A stretch of 64,000 nt of DNA from Candidatus Latescibacterota bacterium (GTDB lineage Bacteria > Latescibacterota > UBA2968 > UBA8231), in assembly GCA_965197905.1 (NCBI GenBank), contig CBDAOB010000005.1, positions 800,524 to 864,523 of the forward strand, given 5' to 3'. Below the pieces are notes generated by a model. The model saw only the letters and a list, made by a program, of their open reading frames with translations. It ran no database searches and was not told the origin of the DNA. Positions 8,241-17,912 of this stretch are shown piece by piece. Made by a program: the position numbers and the translations under genes. Positions within the stretch are counted from its first letter, which is position 1, and the number at the start of each line of letters is the position of its first letter.

Positions 8241-9056
8241 TCAAGGGGCCCCTGGAGACCCTACTCGAGAACTAGTACGACGGATGTTCAACAACTGGTA
8301 AATACTGAAAAGACTGAGCGTGATGACAATCATTACCGTGCCTATGGCGTTGATATCCGGGGACATCTCGAAGCGTATCTTGGCAAAGACGACCGTTGGC
8401 AGGGTTTGGTTCGAAACCGAGGTCCAGAACATGGAACCGACGACGTTATCAAAGCTGATGATGAAGGCGATGATGGCGGCGCCGATGATGGCGGGAATCA
8501 TCAGGGGCAGGGTTACCTCCGTCAGCACTCGCAGCCGCGATGCGCCGAGGTTAAGGGCCGCCTCCTCCAGGGATCGGTCGAAGCCGTAGAGTCGAGCGCT
8601 TATTATGGAAACCACGTACGGCAGCAGCAACAGGGTATGGCCGATGGTCACGGTTACGTAGCCTCGCGGAATTCGCAGAAAGACAAAAAAGCTCAACAAA
8701 GCGACTCCGGTGATGATCTCCGGTACCAGCATCGGCGAGAACAGCGCCGCCTGCAAAATCGCCTTGCCGCGAAATTTGTGTCGTACCAGGCCAAAAGCCG
8801 CCGTGGTTCCGATTGCCACAGCCAGAACGGAACTACTCACCCCAACCAGGATGCTGAACCCAAGCGCACTCAAGGCCTCGGTATCACGGAGCAGTTGTAG
8901 ATACCACCGTGCCGACAGATTATTCATGGTGATTACACTGATGCTTTCGCTGAAGCTGAGCAGGACCACCACCAGAAGCGGCGCCAACAGGAATATATAG
9001 ACAAGGATTACGTAGACCCGCAAAGACAACCCGCCCCAGCCAAGACCCATCCGCAT
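8241..9056 (-). CDS. ABC transporter permease (PotC/spermidine-putrescine-type family)
   Basis: 271 aa with about 6 hydrophobic spans. An EAA-like loop is present: LEEAALNLGASRLRVLTEVTLP. Confidence 0.85.
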   Translation of the reverse strand: MRMGLGWGGLSLRVYVILVYIFLLAPLLVVVLLSFSESISVITMNNLSARWYLQLLRDTEALSALGFSILVGVSSSVLAVAIGTTAAFGLVRHKFRGKAILQAALFSPMLVPEIITGVALLSFFVFLRIPRGYVTVTIGHTLLLLPYVVSIISARLYGFDRSLEEAALNLGASRLRVLTEVTLPLMIPAIIGAAIIAFIISFDNVVGSMFWTSVSNQTLPTVVFAKIRFEMSPDINAIGTVMIVITLSLFSIYQLLNIRRTSSRVGSPGAP

Positions 9057-9058
9057 TT

Positions 9059-9949
9059 TTACCGCTCCTCACCCATGATCTTGTCCAGCCCCATTAGCGA
9101 ATTGAAAATCAGCAGGATACCGATCACCAGCACCAGGAGAACGATGGCGATGGCCGCACCAAGGGGCCAGTGGAAGGCCATCAAGAATTGGTCCTCGATC
9201 GCATTGGCAACCATATGATTTTTCGGCGCTCCCAACAAAACCGGGGTCACGAAAGCGCCGAAGGTCAGGATGAAGCAGATGATGCATCCTCCAGCCACGC
9301 CCGGCAGACTCAGGGGCAAGGTGACTTCTCTGAAAGCGCGAAAAGGCGTTGATCCCAAATTGCGCGCCGCTTCCAGCAACCGCCCGTCGATCTTCTCCAG
9401 GGTCACGAAGATCGGCAGGGCCATGAAGGGAATGAGCAGATGAACCATACCAACAATGACGGAAAATTCATTGTAGACCAAACTCAGAGGTTCCTCTACC
9501 AGGCCCGACAAGAGCAGAAATTGATTGACCACTCCGGTGTCCGACAGGATTGCCACCCAGGCGAAGTTCTTTACCAGGATGCTGGCAAACCACGGAACGA
9601 TCAGCAGGATCACCAGAAAGGCCCTCAACCCAGGGGCCGCAGTTACCAGGTAGGAACTAACTGGATAGGCAACCAGGAGCGTGATGAGGGTCACCTTGAA
9701 CGCTACCAAGAGCGAGTGCCCAGTCATCTTGAGATATAGACTGGAGGTCAAAAAACGTTGGTAGTTCTCCAATGTGAAGGTGAAATCAACCCCGCCGCCG
9801 GCAGTGCGGATGCTAAAGCTATAGACCAGCACGAACAGCATCGGCACGAAAAAGAAGGCCAGCAACCAGAACAACATGGGGGACAACGGCAGCCGTCCTC
9901 CCCGGGTAAGCGGCTGAAAAACACCGTGCCGCAGAAACCTTGTTACCAT
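9059..9949 (-). CDS. ABC transporter permease (PotB-type family)
   Basis: EAA loop LLEAARNLGSTPFRAFREVTLP. The preferred start is ATG 9949 (MVTRFLRHG...), 5 nt after the ATPase stop. The longer ORF-track start at 10144 would overlap the ATPase gene. Confidence 0.85.
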   Translation of the reverse strand: MVTRFLRHGVFQPLTRGGRLPLSPMLFWLLAFFFVPMLFVLVYSFSIRTAGGGVDFTFTLENYQRFLTSSLYLKMTGHSLLVAFKVTLITLLVAYPVSSYLVTAAPGLRAFLVILLIVPWFASILVKNFAWVAILSDTGVVNQFLLLSGLVEEPLSLVYNEFSVIVGMVHLLIPFMALPIFVTLEKIDGRLLEAARNLGSTPFRAFREVTLPLSLPGVAGGCIICFILTFGAFVTPVLLGAPKNHMVANAIEDQFLMAFHWPLGAAIAIVLLVLVIGILLIFNSLMGLDKIMGEER

Positions 9950-9954
9950 CGCGG

Positions 9955-11067
9955 CTAGCGGTTTTTCTTGAACCACGCCATGCCGTCGTTGTCCCACCCG
10001 AAACAGATCGGTCCGGGTTGCAGATTTCCGGAGCGCTCCCCCTTGACGTCGGCAATGATCAGCTTGTCGCCTTCCAAGGGCTTGAGATAGTATCGGGATG
10101 AAGCGCCGAGGAAGTCGCGTTCGACGATCCTTCCCCTGAACCATTGAGCGGATCCGGAAGGCGATTGTTGCAGCGACACGTTCTCGGAACGGACGATGAT
10201 CCAGACCGCATCACCGGTCTTCAATCCATCCTGCCGATCGGTTGAGTCCCGGCGCTTGAGACTAAGTTCCTTGCCCAGGTCCGGCAGGTAGGCCACGACA
10301 GCGTCGGCGCCTTCCAGCGCCTTCACAGTGCCCTGAAACCAGTTGGGCTCCCCGATAAAGTCCGCGACAAACTGGGATTTTGGTGAGAAGTAGATCTCCT
10401 CGGGTGGGCCGATTTGCTCGACCTCCCCATCATTCATCACCACGACCTTGTCCGCCATCGACATCGCCTCTTCTTGATCGTGGGTGACGTAGATGGTTGT
10501 AAGGCCTGTCTTGTGCTGCAGCTGCTTTAGCTCGTAGCGCATCGCCTTGCGCAGTTTCAGATCCAGCGCTCCCAAGGGTTCGTCCATCAGCAGCACAGCG
10601 GGTTCTACGACGATGGCGCGGGCCAGTGCAACTCGCTGCTGCTCTCCGCCGCTCAGCTGCCGTGGGTAGCGGTGATCGTAGCCTTCTAGTCCAACCAGTT
10701 TTAAAGCTTGTCGAGCCTTTTCATGAATCTGGGCTTTCGAGCCTGCCCGGCGCATGCGCAGACCAAAAAGGACATTCTCGAGCACCGTGCGATGGGGAAA
10801 GAGGGCGTAGCCCTGGAATACCATGACAGTATTGCGCCGGTTCGGCGGCAGCTCGGTGCAACGCTCGGCATTGATCAGTACGTCGCCGGCATCCGGTTTT
10901 TCAAAGCCGGCAATGATGCGCAGGGTGGTCGTCTTACCGCAGCCCGACGGACCGAGCAGGGCACAGAACTCGCCTTCACGCACCTGGAACGACACGTCAT
11001 CAACGGCCCGAACCTCGCCGTAGAGCTTGCTCACCCCCAACAGCTGGACCATGATTTTCGAGTCCAT
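9955..11067 (-). CDS. ABC transporter ATP-binding protein (PotA-type, with C-terminal TOBE-like extension)
   Basis: Walker A GPSGCGKTT, signature LSGGEQQRVALARA, Walker B LLMDEPLGALD. The start is ambiguous (ATG 11067 or 11052). The 11136 start would overlap the SBP gene. Confidence 0.9.
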   Translation of the reverse strand: MDSKIMVQLLGVSKLYGEVRAVDDVSFQVREGEFCALLGPSGCGKTTTLRIIAGFEKPDAGDVLINAERCTELPPNRRNTVMVFQGYALFPHRTVLENVLFGLRMRRAGSKAQIHEKARQALKLVGLEGYDHRYPRQLSGGEQQRVALARAIVVEPAVLLMDEPLGALDLKLRKAMRYELKQLQHKTGLTTIYVTHDQEEAMSMADKVVVMNDGEVEQIGPPEEIYFSPKSQFVADFIGEPNWFQGTVKALEGADAVVAYLPDLGKELSLKRRDSTDRQDGLKTGDAVWIIVRSENVSLQQSPSGSAQWFRGRIVERDFLGASSRYYLKPLEGDKLIIADVKGERSGNLQPGPICFGWDNDGMAWFKKNR

Positions 11068-11092
11068 GTCGCTAGCGCTCGTAGTGATGGAC

Positions 11093-12253
11093 TCAGCCTC
11101 CCGCCATGGTCTGTCTAAGCTTTTCCGTCCAGGCACTCATGTGGGCGTCCCAGTAAGGGGGATCGGGGAGAATTACACCCTTGAGCTCCCCGGTCGGGTC
11201 GTAGTCGGGCAGGTTCCGGATGATCTCGGTTGGTTGGGCATTCTTCGAGGTATGTGGATAGCCGATTGCTTCCGTCGAGGCGGTCGCGATGTCTGGTCTC
11301 AGCGTGAACTCGATGAATTTCTCGGCGGTGTACCGGTTTTTGGACCCTTTCCCGATGATCAGGAGATCCGCATCCACGAGGTATCCTTCCTTTGGCTGGT
11401 AGTATTCGATAGGGTGGCCTTCGCGCTGCAGTGCAAGGGCCCTTCCACCGCCGAACGACGAGATATGGATCGTCTCGTTGCGAAACATCTCCTGGCCTTC
11501 CGCCATGCCGCTGAAGTAGCGTTTCACCAGCTTTCTCTGCTGCCGCAGTTTGGCCCAGATTTCATCGAGATCGGTAAAGTTGTTGGGGTCCTGTCCTACC
11601 AGAACTGCGGCGTTGACCATTTGCCAAATCGTTTGACTGAAGATCCCCAGCTTGCCTTCGTAGGCCGGACTCCACAGCTCCCCGACGCTATCCAGTTTTC
11701 CCTGAATCCGTTTCGAGTTATAGGCAATACCTCCGGGCACATACTCTGCCGGCACGCCATGAATCTCCTTGCCCGGATCCCAGGGAACGGGATTCTTCAG
11801 CTTGTTGAACGGGTCGATAATCGAGCTGTAGCTCGGAATGTTATCCGGGCGCAAAGGCTCGACCAGACCTTGCGTAATGGCGATGTAGGAATGGGCAAGA
11901 TTCAGCCACAGCACATCGATGTCGCTGGGGGCGCCTCCCATGGTGGCTGCGCGCAGTTTCGCCAGCATTTCTGCATTGGCGCCGAGGACCCCCACGGTTA
12001 CCTTCACCCCGTATTCCTTTTCAAAGGGTTCCACAATCGTCTGGCGTACCCCATCGCCGAAGCTGCCGCCCCAGGTCATGATCTGCAGCTCCTTCGTCAT
12101 CCTGTCCTGGCCGGCTGAGGCCTTGGGGATGAGGAAATTGGCGGCAGAGAATCCCGCGGCCAAGCTCGCGGAGGTTGTCAGGAAATCCCGGCGCGAGAGG
12201 CCAGGCTCAAGGAATTTGAAACGACTTGTCATGTTGATTCCTCCCCGCGTCAT
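11093..12253 (-). CDS. Periplasmic solute-binding protein (PotD/PotF-like family 1) with twin-arginine-type signal
   Basis: 386 aa. The N-terminus SRRDFLTTSASLAAGFSAANFLIPKASA is Tat-like. It is the first gene of the SBP-ATPase-permease-permease order. An alternative start is at 12232. Confidence 0.8.
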   Translation of the reverse strand: MTRGGINMTSRFKFLEPGLSRRDFLTTSASLAAGFSAANFLIPKASAGQDRMTKELQIMTWGGSFGDGVRQTIVEPFEKEYGVKVTVGVLGANAEMLAKLRAATMGGAPSDIDVLWLNLAHSYIAITQGLVEPLRPDNIPSYSSIIDPFNKLKNPVPWDPGKEIHGVPAEYVPGGIAYNSKRIQGKLDSVGELWSPAYEGKLGIFSQTIWQMVNAAVLVGQDPNNFTDLDEIWAKLRQQRKLVKRYFSGMAEGQEMFRNETIHISSFGGGRALALQREGHPIEYYQPKEGYLVDADLLIIGKGSKNRYTAEKFIEFTLRPDIATASTEAIGYPHTSKNAQPTEIIRNLPDYDPTGELKGVILPDPPYWDAHMSAWTEKLRQTMAGG

Positions 12254-12399
12254 CGAATTGGTACAATCTGTCCGCTAGCGGTGTCACCTAAGTATAAGTA
12301 GGACGTATTGATGTTGACCTCAATACCCCAGACGATTGATATAGGGCACAGCGGCATTACCCTGAACGGTTTCAAAATCCCAGGAACCAAGGTGCCCTG

Positions 12400-13470
12400 A
12401 TGCATCAAGCGCAAGATCGCAGAAAACCGGCCATCGACACTCGTGGCGAGTTCCTCCTGCCACCCACCGAGCCCATGTGGGAAGCCATGCGAGCCGCCGA
12501 GATCGGATGGCCTTTGTTGGGTGAAGATCCTCATGTGAGTCGCCTGCAGGAGCTGGCTGCGGAGATGACGGGGAAGGAAGCCGCCCTGCTGTGTCCGACG
12601 ACCAATGTCGCCAATCTTCTGGGCGTGATGGGCTACTGCCGGCGCGGCGACGTGGCCATCATGGAAGCCCGCTGCCACCTCTGGTGGGTCGAAGAGCGCA
12701 ACATCGCTGCCCACACCGGTGCCGTTCCCCGCCTTATCAGAGGAGACAAACTCGGAGAAATGGCGGTGTCGGATGTCGAAGCCGCCATCCTCGAAACGGG
12801 GTACGGTTTCCAGCCGCGGACCAGTCTGGTCTGTCTCGAGAACACGCACAACATCGCCGGAGGTGTAGCTTTGCCCCCTGAGTACATGGCCGGTGTTTCG
12901 CGAGTCGCCCGTGAGCATGGCGCCGCGGTGTTTGTCGATGGTGCCCGACTGTTCAACGCTGCCGTGGCCCGCGGCGTGTCCCTAAGCGAAATGGCGGCGT
13001 CCGCGGATGCATTGAGTTTGAGCCTCAACAAAGGAATAGGCGCGCCCTACGGCTCGATGCTCTGCGGATCGGCCGAATTCATCGAAGGCGCCCGGAAAAA
13101 CCACAGCGTGTTGGGCTCGCACTCGATCCACAAGGAGGGCATGTTCGCCGCGGCCGCCATCATCGCCCTCGAAACCATGATTCCAAGGCTCGCCGAGGAC
13201 CACGCGCGGGCGCGTCGACTGGCCGGGTTACTCGGTGAAATGGAGGGCATTCGCGTCGATATGGAGACGGTTCAGACCAACATCGTTCGGGTTGAGATTG
13301 ACTGTATGACTCCGGCCGAATTCACCGAGGGTGTGCTCGCGCGCGGCGCCGGTGTGCTCGAGCTCGACGCCGGTTCGGTAAAGTTCATAACGCACCACGG
13401 GATCTCCGACGCCGACATCGACGCCGTGGCCGAGATCGTCTTGGATGTTCTCAACCGTGCAGGACGGTAG
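12400..13470 (+). CDS. ltaE: Low-specificity threonine aldolase / beta-eliminating lyase family (PLP)
   Basis: 356 aa. Motifs LENTHNIAGG, VDGARLFNA and SLSLNKGIGAPYGSMLCGS (PLP-lysine motif of the threonine aldolase fold). Confidence 0.75.
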   Translation: MHQAQDRRKPAIDTRGEFLLPPTEPMWEAMRAAEIGWPLLGEDPHVSRLQELAAEMTGKEAALLCPTTNVANLLGVMGYCRRGDVAIMEARCHLWWVEERNIAAHTGAVPRLIRGDKLGEMAVSDVEAAILETGYGFQPRTSLVCLENTHNIAGGVALPPEYMAGVSRVAREHGAAVFVDGARLFNAAVARGVSLSEMAASADALSLSLNKGIGAPYGSMLCGSAEFIEGARKNHSVLGSHSIHKEGMFAAAAIIALETMIPRLAEDHARARRLAGLLGEMEGIRVDMETVQTNIVRVEIDCMTPAEFTEGVLARGAGVLELDAGSVKFITHHGISDADIDAVAEIVLDVLNRAGR

Positions 13471-13655
13471 TTCTCGCTCCTGGTTGTTCGATAACTCCCC
13501 GTTTCGCCGTTTGAATACCGAAACGATGATGTTGTTGGGGGTTCCAGAATGTTGTCCTGGTCGATGTGGTAAGAGTCGTCTGTGGCTTCTGGCTGGCGAT
13601 TCTGTACCGGTTCATTACTCTCGACAGATTGGTACCTAACCAAAAGGACCGCAAA

Positions 13656-14771
13656 ATGCCAAGACCAAAATACGAAGCCCGCAAAAACTGGTGCAGGGGC
13701 TACTACCAACACCCCGGGCTGGAGGTCCAGGTAGGGGACACCCAGATCCTCATCCCCTCCCACCAGACGCCCGGCCCTCTTGGATACCTGTGCAAGCTGG
13801 CCAATGGAGAGCTGGTGACTGGTACCGGCTTGGGTTCTGAGCACCACGGTGAAGAATGGGCTGCCGCTGCCGCATCTCTACCGAGCTGGAGGCGATCGCC
13901 GGACGGCGGTAAGACCTGGGCCGACACGCCGGCTTGGCCCACCTACAACGCATGTCAGTTGCCCGATGGGGAGATTGTCCATTTGGGAGGCGGCCACCAA
14001 CTCGAAGAGACCGGTGAACTAGGTGTGTACACGACCGGGCTCGATCGCTCGACAGACAACGGCTACACCCACCAGCGGGAGACAGCGACTCTGGTAGATG
14101 TGCCCGAGCTCGCCAAGGCCAAGGATGGATTCGGCAAGGACCATCTGGTGGGGGCCGTAGACCATGCCGTGGTCTGGCTCGACGATGGCAGCATGCTGGC
14201 TGCTCTATACGGCAAGTTTACCACCGACATAAAGTACCGCACGTTCGTCGTCCGTTCGGTCGATCGGGGTGCTACCTGGCAGTATCTCTCGACCGTGGCC
14301 TTTGATCTGACCGCGGGGAACGAGCACAGGTGGGAAAGCTTTTGCGAACCCGACCTGTTGCTGTTGCCCGGCGGCGAAATCCTCTGTTTCATGCGCACCG
14401 GCGGGACCTACAATTCCACGTTTTCGCCGATGTACATGAGCCGCTCGATCGACGGGGGCAAAAGCTGGAGTCAAGCCGACCCGATCGCCGACCGCGGGGT
14501 CTGGCCCAATGCCTGCCTGATGGCCAACGGCGTCATCGCAGTGACCTGTGGGCGGACCGGCGACTGGCTGGCGTTCAGCCTGGACAACGGGCACACGTGG
14601 ATTGGACACTTCTGCTTCTACCGCGGGCCCCAGGCCTACGACGGCTGCAACTACGATTGGGTTGAGGAGGTGGCACCGGACACCCTGCTGGTTGCCTATG
14701 CGCGAACGGAGGTCAATGATTGCGGCCAGAGTGAGATCCTCGGCACTTTCATTGAGGTGAAGCGGACCTAA
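13656..14771 (+). CDS. BNR/Asp-box repeat, sialidase-like beta-propeller, no signal peptide
   Basis: Asp-boxes SPDGGKTW, SVDRGATW, SIDGGKSW and SLDNGHTW. The preferred start is ATG 13656 (MPRPKYEARK), preceded by AAGGA. Confidence 0.8.
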   Translation: MPRPKYEARKNWCRGYYQHPGLEVQVGDTQILIPSHQTPGPLGYLCKLANGELVTGTGLGSEHHGEEWAAAAASLPSWRRSPDGGKTWADTPAWPTYNACQLPDGEIVHLGGGHQLEETGELGVYTTGLDRSTDNGYTHQRETATLVDVPELAKAKDGFGKDHLVGAVDHAVVWLDDGSMLAALYGKFTTDIKYRTFVVRSVDRGATWQYLSTVAFDLTAGNEHRWESFCEPDLLLLPGGEILCFMRTGGTYNSTFSPMYMSRSIDGGKSWSQADPIADRGVWPNACLMANGVIAVTCGRTGDWLAFSLDNGHTWIGHFCFYRGPQAYDGCNYDWVEEVAPDTLLVAYARTEVNDCGQSEILGTFIEVKRT

Positions 14772-14793
14772 TGGCGTCCGACGGGCGGTAGCA

Positions 14794-16167
14794 ATGCCTG
14801 ATGAATTGCGTTTGGTAGCGATCAACGGCATGCTTGGCTACGGCTACGAACTGGCCAGCCTTGAAAACGGAATCGCGGCCGATCCTCATCTCTTCGGGGT
14901 CGATGCCGGGTCTACCGATGCTGGGCCGTTCTACCTCGGTCACGGCCGTTCCCTGACTTCGGCTCGGCAAGTGGAACGGGATCTCGATGGGGCCTTGCGA
15001 GCAGTCAAAAGGGCCGGAGTTCCGTTGGTGATTGGTTCGGCAGGTTTTGGCGGTGCCTCCGTGCACGTGGACTTCTGCCTCGAGCGCATCGAGCGGGTGG
15101 CCAAGCGGCTGTCGGCATCCTTCCGTTGCGCCGTCATCCGCTCTGATCTGGATCGCGAGATGGTCAAACGAGCCATCATCGAGCAGAAGGTCCGTCCCCT
15201 GGGCGGTGCACCGGAGATCGGTCCCGAAGATATCGACGATTTGACGCAGCTTGTCGGCCAAATCGATACGGAGGTGATTGCCGCAGCTCTGCAGGCAGAG
15301 GATGTGGAGGTCGTCGTCTGTGGCAGGTCCTGCGATACCGCCGTCTACGCCACGCTTCCCATTATGAAGGGTTTCGATCCCGGCCTCGCCCTTCACATGG
15401 CCAAGATCATGGAGTGCGGCGCCCAATGCGCCCTCCCCCTGGCTCCCAACGATTGCCTCCTGGGGATCATGCAAAGGGATTCGTTTCTCATCCAAACCCT
15501 GAACCCACAACGAACGGTGACCCCCGAATCAGTGGCCGCGCACTCTCTCTACGAGCAACCGGACCCCTACGAGCTGCACGAACCCGAAGGTACCGTTGAT
15601 ATGGTCGACACCCTGTTCGAGCAAGTCGATGCTCGCACGGTGCGGGTATCGGGTAGTTTTCTGCGACCCGCGCATGGACCCAAAACCATCAAGATGGAAG
15701 GCGCCAAGCTGGCCGGCTACCGGGCCACGACGATCGCCGGTGTCCATGACCCGGGCGTGATCGAGAATCTGGATACAATCTTCGCGACGTCGCAAGAGAT
15801 GGCCGTCGCCAACTTGCCTTCCGACATGGATCCCGGCTCGTTCGCAGCTGACATGAGAGTCTACGGCCGGGACGCGGTGTTGGGACATCTGGAGCCCGAA
15901 ACGGCGCCCCCCCGGGAAGTGGGGGTGCTGCTGGAGGTCATCGGCCCCACCCAGGAAACCGCCAGCGCCTTTCTGGCTTTGCTAAGATCATCGATGCTCC
16001 ATTGCCCCTTTGAAGGTCGCAAGACCACCGCCGGCAACTTGGCTTTTCCCTTCTCTCCTTCAGATCTTGAGGGCGGACCGGTCTACGAGTTTGCAGTCTA
16101 TCATCTTTTGGAGATAGAGGAGAATGGCTCGCTGTTTACTCCAGACTTTGTAACCATCGGAGGCTGA
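14794..16167 (+). CDS. AtuA-like protein (DUF1446 family)
   Basis: 457 aa. N-terminus LRLVAINGMLGYGYE...GVDAGSTDAGPFYLG. It is paired with a roughly 118-aa KNAGP-motif protein immediately downstream, the usual DUF1446/DUF4387 pairing as I recall it. Confidence 0.65.
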   Translation: MPDELRLVAINGMLGYGYELASLENGIAADPHLFGVDAGSTDAGPFYLGHGRSLTSARQVERDLDGALRAVKRAGVPLVIGSAGFGGASVHVDFCLERIERVAKRLSASFRCAVIRSDLDREMVKRAIIEQKVRPLGGAPEIGPEDIDDLTQLVGQIDTEVIAAALQAEDVEVVVCGRSCDTAVYATLPIMKGFDPGLALHMAKIMECGAQCALPLAPNDCLLGIMQRDSFLIQTLNPQRTVTPESVAAHSLYEQPDPYELHEPEGTVDMVDTLFEQVDARTVRVSGSFLRPAHGPKTIKMEGAKLAGYRATTIAGVHDPGVIENLDTIFATSQEMAVANLPSDMDPGSFAADMRVYGRDAVLGHLEPETAPPREVGVLLEVIGPTQETASAFLALLRSSMLHCPFEGRKTTAGNLAFPFSPSDLEGGPVYEFAVYHLLEIEENGSLFTPDFVTIGG

Positions 16168-16171
16168 ACCC

Positions 16172-16528
16172 ATGGCTCTGCTCAGCGAGTTGGCGTCGGT
16201 CTTCCGCAGCAAGAATGCTGGACCCTTCCTGGTGACCGTCGACCTGATGTTTGGCGCCGAGTCAACCTTCGAGCAAGTGGCGAACTCCGGCGTGTTGAGC
16301 GCCGAGACGGTTGCCCGGCTCTACCAGATCAGCGCGGCGGAGGTACGCGTGGTGCCATACGCCAGGGCCAAAGCGATCAAGGTGACACTGCCGCGCCTGT
16401 GGGGCAGAGCAGGGGCCGGCTCGCCTGGAGACCGCGACGTCTACGGCGCCCAACAACATGGACCACTAATGGACCTCGAGATACCCATGATGCCTCAATC
16501 TCAAAGCCGAGGCGCTCATGCGGAGTGA
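16172..16528 (+). CDS. DUF4387-like small protein (partner of the AtuA-like protein)
   Basis: 118 aa. Contains FRSKNAGPFLVTVDLMF...AIKVTLPR...GDRDVYGAQQH. It starts 4 nt after the upstream stop. Confidence 0.6.
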   Translation: MALLSELASVFRSKNAGPFLVTVDLMFGAESTFEQVANSGVLSAETVARLYQISAAEVRVVPYARAKAIKVTLPRLWGRAGAGSPGDRDVYGAQQHGPLMDLEIPMMPQSQSRGAHAE

Positions 16529-17912
16529 GTTCCCCAACGTCGTAGCGACCGCAATTGAAGACAACTTAGACCGCCACATAAAGCGGCTGCAGCGCTACAT
16601 CCGTCAACCTTCGATCTCCGCTCTGGCTCAGGGCAATGCGGAAATGGCCTCCATGCTGGCTGCGGATATCCGCGATCTCGGGGGGCAGGCAGATGTGGTT
16701 GCCGGTGTTGATTTCCCCCTGGTCTACGGGCGCGTGGAGGCAGACGCTCCGCGCACGGTGTTGATCCACAGCATGTATGACACGACACCGGCGAGCGAAC
16801 CGGGATGGGTTGCGCCACCCTTTGAAGCCCGCAGGGTCCAGCTCAATGGTTTGGGGGAGTGTATGGTGGGCCGGGGCGCGGAAGATACCAAAGGACCTGT
16901 CTCCACTGTCCTGGCCATGATCGATTCCTATCGACACGCTAACGTCGACCTGCCGGCGAATCTGATCTTGCTCTTCGAGGCGTCCGAACTGGGCAGTGCC
17001 TCCATGCCAGCGTTTATCCGCGATCACCTGGGTGAACTCAGACAGGCGGACGTAGCTTATTGGCCCTGGCATACTCAGCGATCGAATGGTACGGCCGTGG
17101 CCTGGCTGGGGTGCAAGGGTTTGATCTTGTTGCGATTGAGGGTTCGCGCGAATAGATGGGGCGGTCCCCTTGAAGCGGACATGCACGCACAACATTCGTC
17201 CTGGATTGCCAACCCGATCCACGAACTGACCGCAGCGCTTGCGAGCTTGAAAAACCAGGGCGACTTAGAGGTCGCCGTAGAGGGATTCACGGGAGACAGT
17301 CTCCCACCTGGCGAAGAGGATGAGGAATTGGTTCGCCAGCTGGCGGCTCGCCTCGATCCGAATTTGCTTTTATCGGACATCGGCGCGGCCCGATTCAAAC
17401 AGGGTAGTTTTCTCGACGCCCTCAGAGCCCACGTGCTCGAGCCCGAGCTCAACGTCTCCAGCATCCACGGGGGCTACACAGCAGAAGACGGTCACAAAGC
17501 GATCATCCCGCACGAGGCTTCCGCCAATATCGAGATTCGCCCCGTTAGCGGCATGACCGTCGATCAGGTACTGACCTGTTTGCGGCGGCATTTCGACGGA
17601 CATGGTTTCGGGCATGTGGAAATCGAGCAGCGAAGCGGTTATGTCGGTGGTCGCGTCCCTGCCAGCAGCCGGGCGGCGCAGGCATTGACGGCAACTTATC
17701 GCGACATGGGTTTTGATCCGGAAGTGTGGCCGCGTACGGCCACGGCTATTTCTGTTGATCTCTTCACTGAAACCCTGGGGATTCCGTGGGTAGGTTCATG
17801 CCTAGGCCATGCCGGAGGCAAACACTCCGCCAACGAGTACCTTAAGCTTTCAACCTATAGCGGCGCTATCGAATTTGTTAGCCGCCTGACGTGGAGACTG
17901 GGAGAGCTATGA
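16518..17912 (+). CDS. M20-family metallopeptidase / amidohydrolase
   Basis: 464 aa. HSMYDTTPASEPGWVAPPFEAR...VGRGAEDTKGP is the M20 metal-site region. Dimerisation-domain-sized insert present. Confidence 0.8.
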   Translation: MRSEFPNVVATAIEDNLDRHIKRLQRYIRQPSISALAQGNAEMASMLAADIRDLGGQADVVAGVDFPLVYGRVEADAPRTVLIHSMYDTTPASEPGWVAPPFEARRVQLNGLGECMVGRGAEDTKGPVSTVLAMIDSYRHANVDLPANLILLFEASELGSASMPAFIRDHLGELRQADVAYWPWHTQRSNGTAVAWLGCKGLILLRLRVRANRWGGPLEADMHAQHSSWIANPIHELTAALASLKNQGDLEVAVEGFTGDSLPPGEEDEELVRQLAARLDPNLLLSDIGAARFKQGSFLDALRAHVLEPELNVSSIHGGYTAEDGHKAIIPHEASANIEIRPVSGMTVDQVLTCLRRHFDGHGFGHVEIEQRSGYVGGRVPASSRAAQALTATYRDMGFDPEVWPRTATAISVDLFTETLGIPWVGSCLGHAGGKHSANEYLKLSTYSGAIEFVSRLTWRLGEL